Assembly: GCA_965249485.1 (NCBI GenBank)
Contig: CBDFMG010000005.1
Location: 1 to 64,000 of the forward strand
Reading direction: 5' to 3'
From: a bacterium
GTDB lineage: Bacteria > SM23-31
Length of the DNA: 64,000 nt
In this document: positions 22,729 to 32,552 of the stretch, piece by piece
Layout: each line of letters starts with the position of its first letter
Numbering within the stretch: position 1 is the first letter of the stretch
Program-made: the position numbers and the translations under genes
The notes under the pieces: model-generated
What the model saw: only the letters and a program-made list of their open reading frames with translations
Databases searched by the model: none
Told to the model about the DNA's origin: nothing

Positions 22729-23451
22729 ATGAAACAATTCTACAAGATAGCCAGACCAGACGGTTTGGATTTTCACACAGGAAACACGGTGAACTATCGC
22801 ATAAACATAGGAAAGACAATCACAAATCCAAATAAGACAAAATCAAAGGAACTCTGCACAGCAGATCTAATCCATGCGTCAGAGTTTTTCTTTGATGCTT
22901 TATACTATGGTGAGATCCCATGCTCGATATTTCTGGTAGAGGGAATACCAGTGTCAAAACAGAGTGGCAAGGCTGGATTCAAGGAACTAAAGATAGTAAA
23001 AGAGATACCAACTGCCAACTGGCAAAATGCACTTCACTCGCTCATGATATGGATGTTTGAGGATTTAAAAAATAATTTTGACTGTAAAATACATAAAAAT
23101 GTAACAGATGCAGTCAACCAAGGCATCCAGGTTTTCGTGAATGCACAAAAAACAGGAAAGATAGACGTGTCTGCTGCTGAGTATGCTGTTAAGTCTGCCA
23201 GGTTTGCTTTGGTTGTTGGGGCTACTGCTAGGTCTGCTAGGTTTGCTTTGTCTGCTGAGTGTGCTGCTAGGTCTGCTGCTTTGTCTGTTAAGTATGCTGC
23301 TTTGTCTGTTAAGTATACTGCTAGGTCTGCTGAGGCTGCTGCTTTGTCTGCTGGGTTTGCTGCTAGGCCTACTGAGTCTGCTGCTAGGTCTGCTGAGTAT
23401 GCTAAAAAGAAAGAAATCTCAGATAAATTCATAGGGCTGTTAGAGGAGTAG
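22729..23451 (+). CDS. variable-repeat family copy 3
   Basis: Same architecture; true start MKQFYK at 22729. Confidence 0.8.
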   Translation: MKQFYKIARPDGLDFHTGNTVNYRINIGKTITNPNKTKSKELCTADLIHASEFFFDALYYGEIPCSIFLVEGIPVSKQSGKAGFKELKIVKEIPTANWQNALHSLMIWMFEDLKNNFDCKIHKNVTDAVNQGIQVFVNAQKTGKIDVSAAEYAVKSARFALVVGATARSARFALSAECAARSAALSVKYAALSVKYTARSAEAAALSAGFAARPTESAARSAEYAKKKEISDKFIGLLEE

Positions 23452-23453
23452 AA

Positions 23454-24209
23454 ATGAAACAATGCTACAAGGTAGCCAGACCAGACGGTTTTGATTTTCA
23501 TACAGGAAACACAATAAACTATCGCATAAACATAGGAAAGACAGCATCAAATCCAAAGAAGACAAAATCAAAGGAACTTTGCACAGCAGATCTAATCCAT
23601 GCGTCAGAGTTTTTCTTTGATGCTTTATACTATGGTGAGATCCCATGCTCGATATTTCTGGTAGAGGGAATACCAGTGTCAAAACAGAGTGACAAGGCAG
23701 GATTCAAGGAACTAAAGATAGTAAAAGAGATACCAACTGCCAAATGGCAAAATGCATTTTATTCGCTCATGATATGGATGCTAAAAGATTTGAAAAATAA
23801 CTTTGACTGTAAAAAAGAAAAAGATGCAACAGATGCAGTCAACCAAGCCGTCCAGGTTTTTGTGAATGCGCAAAAAACAGGAAAGATAGACATGCTTGCT
23901 GCTAAGTCTGCTAGGTCTGCTGCTTTGTCTGCTAGATTTGCTTTGTCTATTGAGGCTACTGCTGAGGCTGCTACTTTGTCTGTTGAGTATGCCGCTAGGT
24001 CTGCTTGGCATGTTGCTATATCTGCTCGGTATGTTGCTGAGTATGCTGTTAGGTCTGCTGAGGCTGCTGCTTTGTCTGTTGAGTATGCCGCTAGGTCTGC
24101 TGGGTTTGCTGCTAGGTCTGCTGGGTTTGCTGTTAGGTCTGCTGAGTATGCTAAAAAGAAAGAATTCTCAGATAAATTCACAGGGCTGTTAGAGGCCAAT
24201 GCATTATGA
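23454..24209 (+). CDS. variable-repeat family copy 4
   Basis: Same architecture. Confidence 0.8.
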   Translation: MKQCYKVARPDGFDFHTGNTINYRINIGKTASNPKKTKSKELCTADLIHASEFFFDALYYGEIPCSIFLVEGIPVSKQSDKAGFKELKIVKEIPTAKWQNAFYSLMIWMLKDLKNNFDCKKEKDATDAVNQAVQVFVNAQKTGKIDMLAAKSARSAALSARFALSIEATAEAATLSVEYAARSAWHVAISARYVAEYAVRSAEAAALSVEYAARSAGFAARSAGFAVRSAEYAKKKEFSDKFTGLLEANAL

Positions 24210-24366
24210 AATATGCCATCAAACAGATTCCAGAACTCATTGAATTGGGAACCAAAGTATTTGAAACAACTCAAATGCCAAACTTGTAGACTATTAGATT
24301 GTCCATCCTACAAAACAAAATATTCATCTGATTGCCATTTTCCACTTTGAGGTCAATGTTAAGTGA

Positions 24367-25455
24367 ATGAAGGTTTTCTCTTTGTTCTCAGGAATAGGTG
24401 GCTTTGACCTTGCCTGCCAAAGACACGGACACAGAATCATTGGAGCCTGCGAGATTGACAGATACGCCAAGGCAGTCTACGCTGGACACTTTACCGGAGT
24501 TCCAATCCACAAGGATGTCACAAAAATCAGGCCGGAAGAGCTTCCAGACTTTGACATTCTCTGTGCAGGATTCCCTTGTCAGGATTACAGTATTGCTGGA
24601 AAAAGGCTTGGATTTAAAGAGTCAAGAGGCAAGTTATTTTTTGAAATTGTTAGGATTGCAAAAGAAAAGCGACCTCGGTTTCTGCTACTTGAAAACGTTA
24701 AAGGCCTCCTATCCCACGATAGGGGGAAAACGTTCGCAGTCATTCTCACAGCACTGGATGAAATCGGGTATGATGCTCAGTGGCAGGTGCTCAACAGCAA
24801 ATATTTCGTTCCGCAGAACAGGGAAAGGGTATTCATTATCGCAAATCTTAGAGAAGAACCCAGACCCGAAGTATTTCCTCTCGGATTCAATGGTGAAGAG
24901 GTTAATGAAGACTGGCCAAATGTTCGAACTATCACAGGAGGGGGAAATGCAGGAGGCATGCACTCACAAATGACTGGAATAATTATCAACAAGGGAATCA
25001 CAAAGGAACAAACAATTTCAAATTGTGTCGATGCAAGTTGTTGGAAGGGACATGACAGTCACGGACAACGCACGCTGATTGAAGTTGCAAGAATATCAGG
25101 ACATGAGAAAAGACAGACTGGGAGAATATACCACTCTGATGGATTGGCCAGAACCATGTGTAGTGGTTCAGGAGGAATGGGCAAAAATACCGGTATGTAT
25201 CAAATCAATGGTAGGGTTAGGCGCCTAACTCCATTAGAGTGTGAAAAATTACAGGGATTCCCTGACAGATGGACAGAGTCCGGCATTGAGGCGGAAAACA
25301 CAGTCACAATATCAGACACACAGCGCTACAGATGCCTCGGCAATGCGGTGACCGTTCCAGTTGTTGAGTATATCATGAAGAAGTTGGGAAGTTCTGCCAA
25401 GTTGGAAATAAAACCAGTCTGTGGCCATCATGATGATACGGGGTGTAGAAAATGA
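24367..25455 (+). CDS. C5-cytosine DNA methyltransferase
   Basis: LFSGIGG, GFPCQD, ENVKG, PQNRER, RRLTPLEC, LGNAV. Confidence 0.95.
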   Translation: MKVFSLFSGIGGFDLACQRHGHRIIGACEIDRYAKAVYAGHFTGVPIHKDVTKIRPEELPDFDILCAGFPCQDYSIAGKRLGFKESRGKLFFEIVRIAKEKRPRFLLLENVKGLLSHDRGKTFAVILTALDEIGYDAQWQVLNSKYFVPQNRERVFIIANLREEPRPEVFPLGFNGEEVNEDWPNVRTITGGGNAGGMHSQMTGIIINKGITKEQTISNCVDASCWKGHDSHGQRTLIEVARISGHEKRQTGRIYHSDGLARTMCSGSGGMGKNTGMYQINGRVRRLTPLECEKLQGFPDRWTESGIEAENTVTISDTQRYRCLGNAVTVPVVEYIMKKLGSSAKLEIKPVCGHHDDTGCRK

Positions 25456-25901
25456 CAAAGTGGCTGGTAGCTGACACTACAGGTGTCAAAGATGGCAAAA
25501 TAGAACACACAATTCCTGAGACTCCGCTACTGCACGCTTGCTGTGCAGAGGATCATTTCGCAGACACCAATATTGACATCAGGCACGAGGTAAATCCCGA
25601 CCATGTCTGTGATGTGACAAAAAAACTTCCGTTTGAAAACAACAGTTTCAAAGCCGGATTCATGGACACTCCCTGGGTTAGCTCATGGAAGTGGAATTTT
25701 GGAAAAGCCATGAGGGAAATGCTCCGTGTCGCACCAATCGTTTACACCGTCAATCCCTGGCTGTACGGTGCGAAAACCTGCAGGCCTGAATCCATACAGG
25801 TTTCATGGAGACCTGGAATCAACAATCCAGTTTTGTTTGTAAAATACCTTCGGAACGAGGAAAAGTTTTGGAAGCAATATGAAAAGGAGTTTGAAAAATA
25901 A
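25452..25901 (+). CDS. putative minimal SAM-dependent (DNA) methyltransferase
   Basis: DIRHEVNPD..DVTKKLPFENNSF..FMDTPW..EMLRV. Confidence 0.5.
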   Translation: MTKWLVADTTGVKDGKIEHTIPETPLLHACCAEDHFADTNIDIRHEVNPDHVCDVTKKLPFENNSFKAGFMDTPWVSSWKWNFGKAMREMLRVAPIVYTVNPWLYGAKTCRPESIQVSWRPGINNPVLFVKYLRNEEKFWKQYEKEFEK

Positions 25902-26061
25902 TGACCAAATCCATTCTAAATTACATTTGTGTTGGGCTTGATATTTTGGTGCTTCCGGTGTTATGGATTTTTGCAAGAATTGAGCATTTGATGTATAGAG
26001 GAAACTATCGCAAGGTAAGCAGGGCGTGCAAAACTTTCAGGGAGACACTCGAGGGATCATA

Positions 26062-26628
26062 ATGTCACTATCATATAACAGTCTGTCAAGGCAAATTCTG
26101 CACGGTGATATACTGGAAAAAATAAAAGAGATTCCAGACGAGTCAATCGACTGCATAATCACGTCACCGCAAAAAGAAATCATTTTTGCGTATCTTGCTG
26201 GGTTAGTTGATGGTGAAGCATACATAGGAATTAAAAAAAGTAATAACAAAAAAAATGGTTCCAAGTCACCACAACATCATGAACGAATACAAATTAGAAT
26301 GACAGAAGAATTAGCAATACAATTATTCAAAAAAATTTATGGTGGTAGTTATTACAAAGAAAAACCAGAGCAACATAATGCAAGAAAACCACTTTATTGT
26401 TATCAAGCTAGTGATAAACTAGCATCCAATATTCTTCAACAATTACCACCATTTTTACTTGTTAAACGAAAAGATGCTAAACTTGTCTTGTTATTAAGAG
26501 ATAGGAAAAATCAAAAGCGCATATTTGGTCGTGGGATTGGTGTTATGAGTAAAGAAGAGCTCAAAATCAGAGAACCTCTATATCAAGCATGTAAAACCCT
26601 TCATGGGCATGTTGGAGGTGATGATTAA
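26062..26628 (+). CDS. LAGLIDADG homing endonuclease fused to a duplicated N4/N6-MTase N-terminus
   Basis: ILHGDILEKIKEIPDESIDCIITSP followed directly by FAYLAGLVDGEAYI. Confidence 0.8.
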   Translation: MSLSYNSLSRQILHGDILEKIKEIPDESIDCIITSPQKEIIFAYLAGLVDGEAYIGIKKSNNKKNGSKSPQHHERIQIRMTEELAIQLFKKIYGGSYYKEKPEQHNARKPLYCYQASDKLASNILQQLPPFLLVKRKDAKLVLLLRDRKNQKRIFGRGIGVMSKEELKIREPLYQACKTLHGHVGGDD

Positions 26629-28727
26629 TGGTGGATTGTAATCTAAACAGAAACATACTAAATGGAGATGTATTAAATGAATTTAAAAAAATTCCAAATG
26701 AGAGTATAGAATGTATTATTACAAGTCCACCATATTATTGGGGCTTACGTGACTATGAAGTAGAGGGTCAGATTGGCCTGGAGCCTGATTTTAGGGAATT
26801 TCTTAAAACAATGCAAAAGGTGATGAATGAATGCAGGCGAGTCCTAAAACCAAGCGGTTCCTGCTGGGTTAATTTTGGTGATGCATACGCTTCAGCACCT
26901 GTTGGTAAATTCAATGGAGGTGGCTTAGAGTTTTCTGGTAGAAACATGGATGGAGCTCTTGCCTCTGGAAAAACTGACAAAACACACCAAGGGGTTAAAG
27001 AAAAATCAAGGATTGGCATTCCAGAACGATTCTACATACAATGTATTGATGATGGATGGATAGCACGTAATCATATTCCTTGGTACAAATCAAATTCTAT
27101 GCCATCAAGTGTGAAAGATAGGTTTACAAACAAATGGGAATCAGTTTTTTTCTTTGTGAAAAACAACAAAACAAAATGCTGGAGACATAAACTCACAAAT
27201 AAGTGGTATTGGAGCAAACCACAAATAAATTATTTTGACAATTCACAAATTGGTAAAAATTGGAGATGGGAGTATAGGGAGAGAAAAAATTTAAAAATCA
27301 ATGAGTATGTTTCGTTTTCAAAAAGAATTTCACTGTATGACGGATTTGATTATTATTTTAATTTAGATGCAGTACGTGAAAAAATAATTATAAAATCAAA
27401 ACCATTCAATCTCAGGGTACGAGAAGCAAAACGAGGACACGCACAAGCTAAGCTAACTGGTAAAATGTCAGAAAAAGAGGATAAAGAATACAATTCAAAA
27501 GGTGAGATTAAAGAAAAATATTCAGATAATCCACAATCAAATGTTGCAAGACCACACAAAGATCGCCCTGGAAATCCTGACAAAACTTGTGCTGGATTTA
27601 ATGAACGGTGGAAGAATAATAAACGACCAAATAATGATGATTTTGAAAACGGAAAATGGAGAAAACATTATGACGAAAATGGTAATTGTTTGGGTTGTGG
27701 CAAGCATTGGAGTAAGCATACAGTCTCAGATAGAGCCAAGGGATCAATGCATGAAGCATCAAAAAGAACAGAAAATATAGTTTGGTGTAACCCTAAGGGC
27801 AAAAACCCTGGTGATTTCTTTTTTGAAGATAAACCAAAATTATATCATAATACACAAAAATACATAAAAAACGAAGATTTTTTCCAAATAATTAATAATC
27901 AACATAATGCCTATTGGTTAGGTTTTCTTTTTGCTGACGGTTATGTAGGTGAACGAGTAACTATTCTCGCATTACAAGATAATGATGTATATCATCTTGA
28001 AAAACTTCGAGATATAATTTGTGATGAAATACCAATAAAAAGACATGGTAATGGATTAGGTTTACAAATATATTCTACTAAAATTTCAAACATATTAAAA
28101 AATTATGGAATGGATACAAAAAAAGAAATCAAAAACATTCCAAAAGAATTAGAATCTCATTTCATCAGAGGTCTTTTTGACGGTGACGGTTCAATTCATT
28201 TTTCAGTTAGACCAAATGGGTATAGAGATTTTGGATGGTCTCTTATGGGTAAATATGAACTATTAGAATGGGTTCAAGAAAGGTTAATTAAAAATTGTAA
28301 TCTAGAAAAAACAGAAATTAGAACCTATCGAAACATATCTGAGTTAAGATATGGTGGAAATCTACAGGTTAGACGAATAGGACAATATCTATACAAAAAT
28401 GCACAAGTAATGTTAGATAGAAAATATCATAAATTTCAAGAATTAAATGAGAATAATTCAGAGGATATATTCTTTATCAACCCTAAACCATTTCCAGAGG
28501 CACATTTCGCTACATTCCCAATTGAACTGCCATTGAAAATTCTCAAGTGCTCATGTCCTCAAGATGGAATAGTTTTAGATCCTTTCTTTGGGGCTGGCAC
28601 GACAGCAGTTGCAGCAGAAAAACTTGGATTAAAATGGATTGGCATAGAACTGAATGAGGAATACATCAGTATTGCAAGAAAACGACTGGAACCGTATCTT
28701 AATGATAAATTGGGGGTTTTTTGCTAA
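26628..28727 (+). CDS. beta-class N4/N6 DNA methyltransferase with an in-frame two-motif LAGLIDADG insertion (~27825-28450)
   Basis: TSPPYYWGLRDY, HFATFP, LDPFFGAGTT; insert carries YWLGFLFADG and FIRGLFDGDG. Confidence 0.9.
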   Translation: MVDCNLNRNILNGDVLNEFKKIPNESIECIITSPPYYWGLRDYEVEGQIGLEPDFREFLKTMQKVMNECRRVLKPSGSCWVNFGDAYASAPVGKFNGGGLEFSGRNMDGALASGKTDKTHQGVKEKSRIGIPERFYIQCIDDGWIARNHIPWYKSNSMPSSVKDRFTNKWESVFFFVKNNKTKCWRHKLTNKWYWSKPQINYFDNSQIGKNWRWEYRERKNLKINEYVSFSKRISLYDGFDYYFNLDAVREKIIIKSKPFNLRVREAKRGHAQAKLTGKMSEKEDKEYNSKGEIKEKYSDNPQSNVARPHKDRPGNPDKTCAGFNERWKNNKRPNNDDFENGKWRKHYDENGNCLGCGKHWSKHTVSDRAKGSMHEASKRTENIVWCNPKGKNPGDFFFEDKPKLYHNTQKYIKNEDFFQIINNQHNAYWLGFLFADGYVGERVTILALQDNDVYHLEKLRDIICDEIPIKRHGNGLGLQIYSTKISNILKNYGMDTKKEIKNIPKELESHFIRGLFDGDGSIHFSVRPNGYRDFGWSLMGKYELLEWVQERLIKNCNLEKTEIRTYRNISELRYGGNLQVRRIGQYLYKNAQVMLDRKYHKFQELNENNSEDIFFINPKPFPEAHFATFPIELPLKILKCSCPQDGIVLDPFFGAGTTAVAAEKLGLKWIGIELNEEYISIARKRLEPYLNDKLGVFC

Positions 28728-28893
28728 GTTGGAAAAAAAGGAGATTGTTTGCAAATGACTTCAAATCTAATCAGGAAAAAATGTAATTATTGTGATTTAT
28801 TAAATTGGTATGATAAAACAATTATTCATTATGAAGCTGATGAAAAAAATCAGTTTGTACATCATTGTACTTTTTGTTGTGAGGATTTAGATT

Positions 28894-29133
28894 ATGACAA
28901 GTAAACTAAAGAATAAAAACAAAATGGATAGGAAAAAAAATAAACACAGAGAAAAATTCATCCCCATAAGGTGTCAGTGCACATACTGCCAGAAGTGCAT
29001 GAATACTGCAATGATCTTTGATGAATGTGAAGAGTGTTATCACGGGGATCATCAATGGTTATTCTGGTGTGGTATGTCTGATGAGAAATATCTAGAAGAA
29101 TTTTACTCTAGATGGCCTGAGGAGAAAAAATAA
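28894..29133 (+). CDS. small Cys-rich protein
   Basis: CQCTYCQKC..CEEC; C-terminus FYSRWP.EKK shared with the next ORF. Confidence 0.45.
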   Translation: MTSKLKNKNKMDRKKNKHREKFIPIRCQCTYCQKCMNTAMIFDECEECYHGDHQWLFWCGMSDEKYLEEFYSRWPEEKK

Positions 29134-29156
29134 TGAAAGCAAAGGAGTTTGAATAA

Positions 29157-29456
29157 ATGAATAAACTAACCCCTAAAGGCAAAGAATTTTCAAAACTACA
29201 ACAAGAAATCAAACGGCTAAATCAGATGTTAGAAAAAATTAATGCATTACAATTTTCAATTGAAAAAGATAGAAATGAAATGTATAATGTTTGTGCCAGT
29301 AATAAATATGGTTATTATAAATTTTCAACTTGGCATGGATGTGCAAATAAAAACAAAGTTGTAAGAGAATTCCAAACTATTTTTCCAGTGAATGTATATG
29401 ATCCTGAAACAACAAAAATATTTTACTCGAGATGGCCTAAGGAGAAAAAATCATGA
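29157..29456 (+). CDS. hypothetical chimeric protein
   Basis: N-terminus like the 13577 ORF, C-terminus like the 28894 ORF. Confidence 0.45.
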   Translation: MNKLTPKGKEFSKLQQEIKRLNQMLEKINALQFSIEKDRNEMYNVCASNKYGYYKFSTWHGCANKNKVVREFQTIFPVNVYDPETTKIFYSRWPKEKKS

Positions 29457-29647
29457 AAGTTTACATTCTTTTTGAAAATGGCTCAGATGGAAGCGAAGTT
29501 TACGAATGTCTAATTGGGGTCACAACAAATGAAGAGATCGCTACAGAATGGCAGTCAAAGGATACGGAGTGGAGGGAAACTAAAGAGTTTGAGCTTGATA
29601 AAATCCCATGTGCAGAATGTGAAGGGAATTGGAGCATACCAAAATGA
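29453..29647 (+). CDS. hypothetical small acidic protein
   Basis: AAGGAG RBS; start overlaps the previous stop. Confidence 0.5.
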   Translation: MKVYILFENGSDGSEVYECLIGVTTNEEIATEWQSKDTEWRETKEFELDKIPCAECEGNWSIPK

Positions 29648-29694
29648 AAGCAAAGGAGTTTGAATAGATGGATAAAAGAACACCTAAAGGCAAA

Positions 29695-29812
29695 AAACAC
29701 AGCCACAATATCAGACACACAGCGCTACAGATGCCTCGGCAATGCGGTGACCGTTCCAGTGGTTGAGCATATCATGAAGAAACTGGAGGAGTTCTGCCAA
29801 ATTGGAAATAAA
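29695..29812 (+). pseudogene. duplicate fragment of the C5-MTase 3' end (~25295-25412)
   Basis: TISDTQRYRCLGNAVTVPVVE.IMKKL with near-identical DNA. Confidence 0.8.
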
Positions 29813-29896
29813 ACAGGTCTATTCTGCAGCAGGTTTTGTATGCCGTTTGATCTTTGACTGCAAAGTTTGGGATTTGGATTTGGAGATGTATAAAAA

Positions 29897-30577
29897 ATGA
29901 AAAACAAAGAAGGTAAGACAATGATCATTCCTGACCTTCATACAAGGTTTGCGATTGCAGAAGAAATGATAGATGAAGAACAGCCTGATAATATTGTATT
30001 TTTGGGGGATTATTTTGACTCATTTACAGATTCACTGGAAATAACACAGCAGACAGCATACTGGCTAAAGAATTCACTTAAAAAGAAAAATAGAATTCAT
30101 CTGCTAGGAAATCATGACCTCAGTTATCTAAATTCACAGTATACATGCTCTGGATTTTCAGAAGGAAAACTGTATGCGATTAAAACCACAAATGTTGATT
30201 TGACAAAATTGAAACATTACTGCTGGGTTGATGACTGGCTCTGTACACATGCTGGACTGTCAGATTTGTTTTACAGTGAGTTTGCAAATAACATGACTGT
30301 AAATGATTTCCTAAAAAAATATTCTATGGATAAGGATTTAAGGTCGCTTCTGTATATGTGTGGTTCATGCCGTGGTGGAAGTGATCCTCATTCAGGTATA
30401 TTGTGGTGTGATTATAACTATGAGTTTAGTGACATTCCTAAAGTAAAACAAATCTTTGGACATACAAATGATTATAATCCTCGAATGACAAAAAATCACA
30501 TCTGCCTGGATACAGGACTGCATCATTATGCGATTTACCAAAATGGCAAAATGAAAGCAATGGAGTTTGAAAAATAA
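29897..30577 (+). CDS. calcineurin-like metallophosphoesterase
   Basis: PDLH, GDYFD, GNHD, THAG, GHT, DTG motifs. Confidence 0.9.
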   Translation: MKNKEGKTMIIPDLHTRFAIAEEMIDEEQPDNIVFLGDYFDSFTDSLEITQQTAYWLKNSLKKKNRIHLLGNHDLSYLNSQYTCSGFSEGKLYAIKTTNVDLTKLKHYCWVDDWLCTHAGLSDLFYSEFANNMTVNDFLKKYSMDKDLRSLLYMCGSCRGGSDPHSGILWCDYNYEFSDIPKVKQIFGHTNDYNPRMTKNHICLDTGLHHYAIYQNGKMKAMEFEK

Positions 30578-31227
30578 TGACCAAAAGGTGGAGCCAGAAT
30601 GAAATGACTCAGAGTAAACTTCGCTCTCTTTCTGAATCACTTAATGCGGCATCTGGTGCTGCACCAACTAAAGGAGAAAGTAAAAAGTATAGATGCATTC
30701 TGATTGATCCACCCACACCTCAACCGATGATAGGCAAATTCAAGGGTAGACATTCAAGCTCTGACAAACTGCATTATAAAACAATGACTATCGAACAAAT
30801 CAAATCATTACCTGTTGAAGAATATGCAGAAGAAGGATGCCATTTATGGCTATGGACTACCAACGCATTTCTAAAAGACTCATTTGATTTCATGGCTGCG
30901 TGGAATTTTAAATATCTCAATATTATTACCTGGATAAAACCCAGTGGGTTAGGTGCGTGGTTCGTCAATACAACTCAACATGTTTTGTTTGGATATTATA
31001 AAAAATGCCAATTCAACAAGGTGAAATATTTGCCGACTCATTTTAACGGGATTGTAAAGCCAGGTGAACATTCTAAGAAACCTGGTTCTTTATTTCAACT
31101 AATTGAATGGGTTAGTGATGAACCTCGGATAGAAATTTTTGCTAGAAAAAAACAACCTGGATGGGATTACATTGGTGATGAACTAGGTAAACCGATCTCT
31201 ATCGTTCCTCATAAGGAGTCAATGTGA
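30577..31227 (+). CDS. MT-A70-family adenine methyltransferase
   Basis: IDPP, LWLWTTN, WIKPSG, HSKKP, IEIFARK. Confidence 0.85.
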   Translation: MTKRWSQNEMTQSKLRSLSESLNAASGAAPTKGESKKYRCILIDPPTPQPMIGKFKGRHSSSDKLHYKTMTIEQIKSLPVEEYAEEGCHLWLWTTNAFLKDSFDFMAAWNFKYLNIITWIKPSGLGAWFVNTTQHVLFGYYKKCQFNKVKYLPTHFNGIVKPGEHSKKPGSLFQLIEWVSDEPRIEIFARKKQPGWDYIGDELGKPISIVPHKESM

Positions 31228-31283
31228 ATTATGCCACGTAAATGTCATTATTGTGGTGTTGAGGAAAGGGGTTACGATAACGC

Positions 31284-32078
31284 ATGACGTCAAATACAGA
31301 CAACAAAATCCAATTCTACAAGGTGGCCAGACCAGACGGTTTTGATTTTTACACAGGAAACACAATAAACTATCGCATAAACATAGGAAAGACAGTCTCA
31401 AATCCAGAAAAGACAGAATCAAAGAAACTCTGCACAGCAGATGTAATCCATGCGTCAGAGTTTTTCTTTGATGCTCTATACTATGGTGAGATCCCATGCT
31501 CGATATTTCTGGTTGAGGGAAAACCAGTGTCAAAACAGAGTGACAAGGCTGGATTCAAGGAACTAAAGATAGTAAAAGAGATCCCAACTGCCAACTGGCA
31601 AAATGCATTTTATTCGCTCATGATATGGATGCTTGAGGATCTGAAAAATAATTTTGACTGTAAAATGTTTAAAAATATAACAGATGCAGTCAACCAAGCC
31701 ATCCAGGTTTTCGTGAATGCGCAAAAAACAGGAAAGATAGACGTGTCTGCTGCTGAGTCTGTTGAGGCTACTGCTAGGTCTGCTAGGTTTGATTTGTCTG
31801 TTGGGGCTACTGCTAGGTCTGCTTTGTCTGCTGAGTATTCTGGGTATGCTACTTTGTCTGCTGAGTATGCTTTGTCTGCTTTGTCTGCTGAGTCTGCTAG
31901 GTTTGCTTTGGTTGTTGGGGCTACTGCTAGGTCTGCTGCTTTGTCTGTTAAGTATGCTGCTTGGTCTGCTGGGTATGCTGCTAGGCCTACTGAGTCTGCT
32001 GCTAGGTCTGCTGAGTATGCTAAAAAGAAGGAACTCTCAGATAAATTCATAGGGCTGTTAGAGGATTATAAAAAATGA
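31284..32078 (+). CDS. variable-repeat family copy 5
   Basis: Same architecture. Confidence 0.8.
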   Translation: MTSNTDNKIQFYKVARPDGFDFYTGNTINYRINIGKTVSNPEKTESKKLCTADVIHASEFFFDALYYGEIPCSIFLVEGKPVSKQSDKAGFKELKIVKEIPTANWQNAFYSLMIWMLEDLKNNFDCKMFKNITDAVNQAIQVFVNAQKTGKIDVSAAESVEATARSARFDLSVGATARSALSAEYSGYATLSAEYALSALSAESARFALVVGATARSAALSVKYAAWSAGYAARPTESAARSAEYAKKKELSDKFIGLLEDYKK

Positions 32079-32299
32079 CCAGTTGCAAAAACATATGCAA
32101 AAGATACAAGGTAAAGGGTAGCGGTTCCGGAAATCCACATTATTTTTTGGGGCATAAACGCTGCGGCACATGTGAAATATTTATCGAGTTTGACGGAATA
32201 AGATGTCCATGCTGTAAGAGACAGCTGAAAGTAAAACCGCGCAGCAGAAGATCAAAGGAAATATTCCAAGACTTTTTCAAATCGATGGGAAAAAAATAA
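32075..32299 (+). CDS. small Cys-rich Zn-binding protein (paralog at 54641; truncated third start at 36777)
   Basis: CKNIC..KRCGTCEIFI..RCPCC..KPR. Confidence 0.6.
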   Translation: MTSCKNICKRYKVKGSGSGNPHYFLGHKRCGTCEIFIEFDGIRCPCCKRQLKVKPRSRRSKEIFQDFFKSMGKK

Positions 32300-32423
32300 T
32301 GGACGTGGTGCGACAACACGCAGAACCATGTGATGAACAAAAAGGCAGTAAAAGAAAATCCAAGAAACTAGAACGAAGCAGATCAACATCATAAAAAACA
32401 GGCAAATACTTATGAATGACAAA

Positions 32424-32552
32424 ATGAAAGCAAAGGAGTTTGAAAAATAATGACCAAAAGGTGGAGCCAGAATGAAATGACTCAGAGTAAACTTCGCTCT
32501 CTTTCTGAATCACTTAATGCGGCATCTGGTGCTGCACCAACTAAAGGAGAAA
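32424..32552 (+). pseudogene. duplicate of the linker plus MT-A70 5' end (30551-30679), cut at the hairpin element
   Basis: Near-identical DNA up to AAAGGAGAAA. Confidence 0.8.

Noticed and set aside
24398..24973. 191-aa overlapping ORF inside the C5 MTase
   Set aside because: Alternate-frame ORF fully nested in a well-supported gene; no evidence of function from sequence alone.
27800..28500. Canonical intein in the MTase
   Set aside because: No recognisable splice-junction residues or Hint blocks by eye.
14829..32052. Poly-Leu (+ strand, alternate frame) and ADLA/ADKA (- strand) ORFs
   Set aside because: Shadow frames produced by the low-complexity GCT/TCT modules; no independent start signals seen.
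14527..32078. Diversity-generating retroelement behind the paralog variation
   Set aside because: No reverse transcriptase in the window; the differences are module rearrangements, not adenine-specific substitutions.
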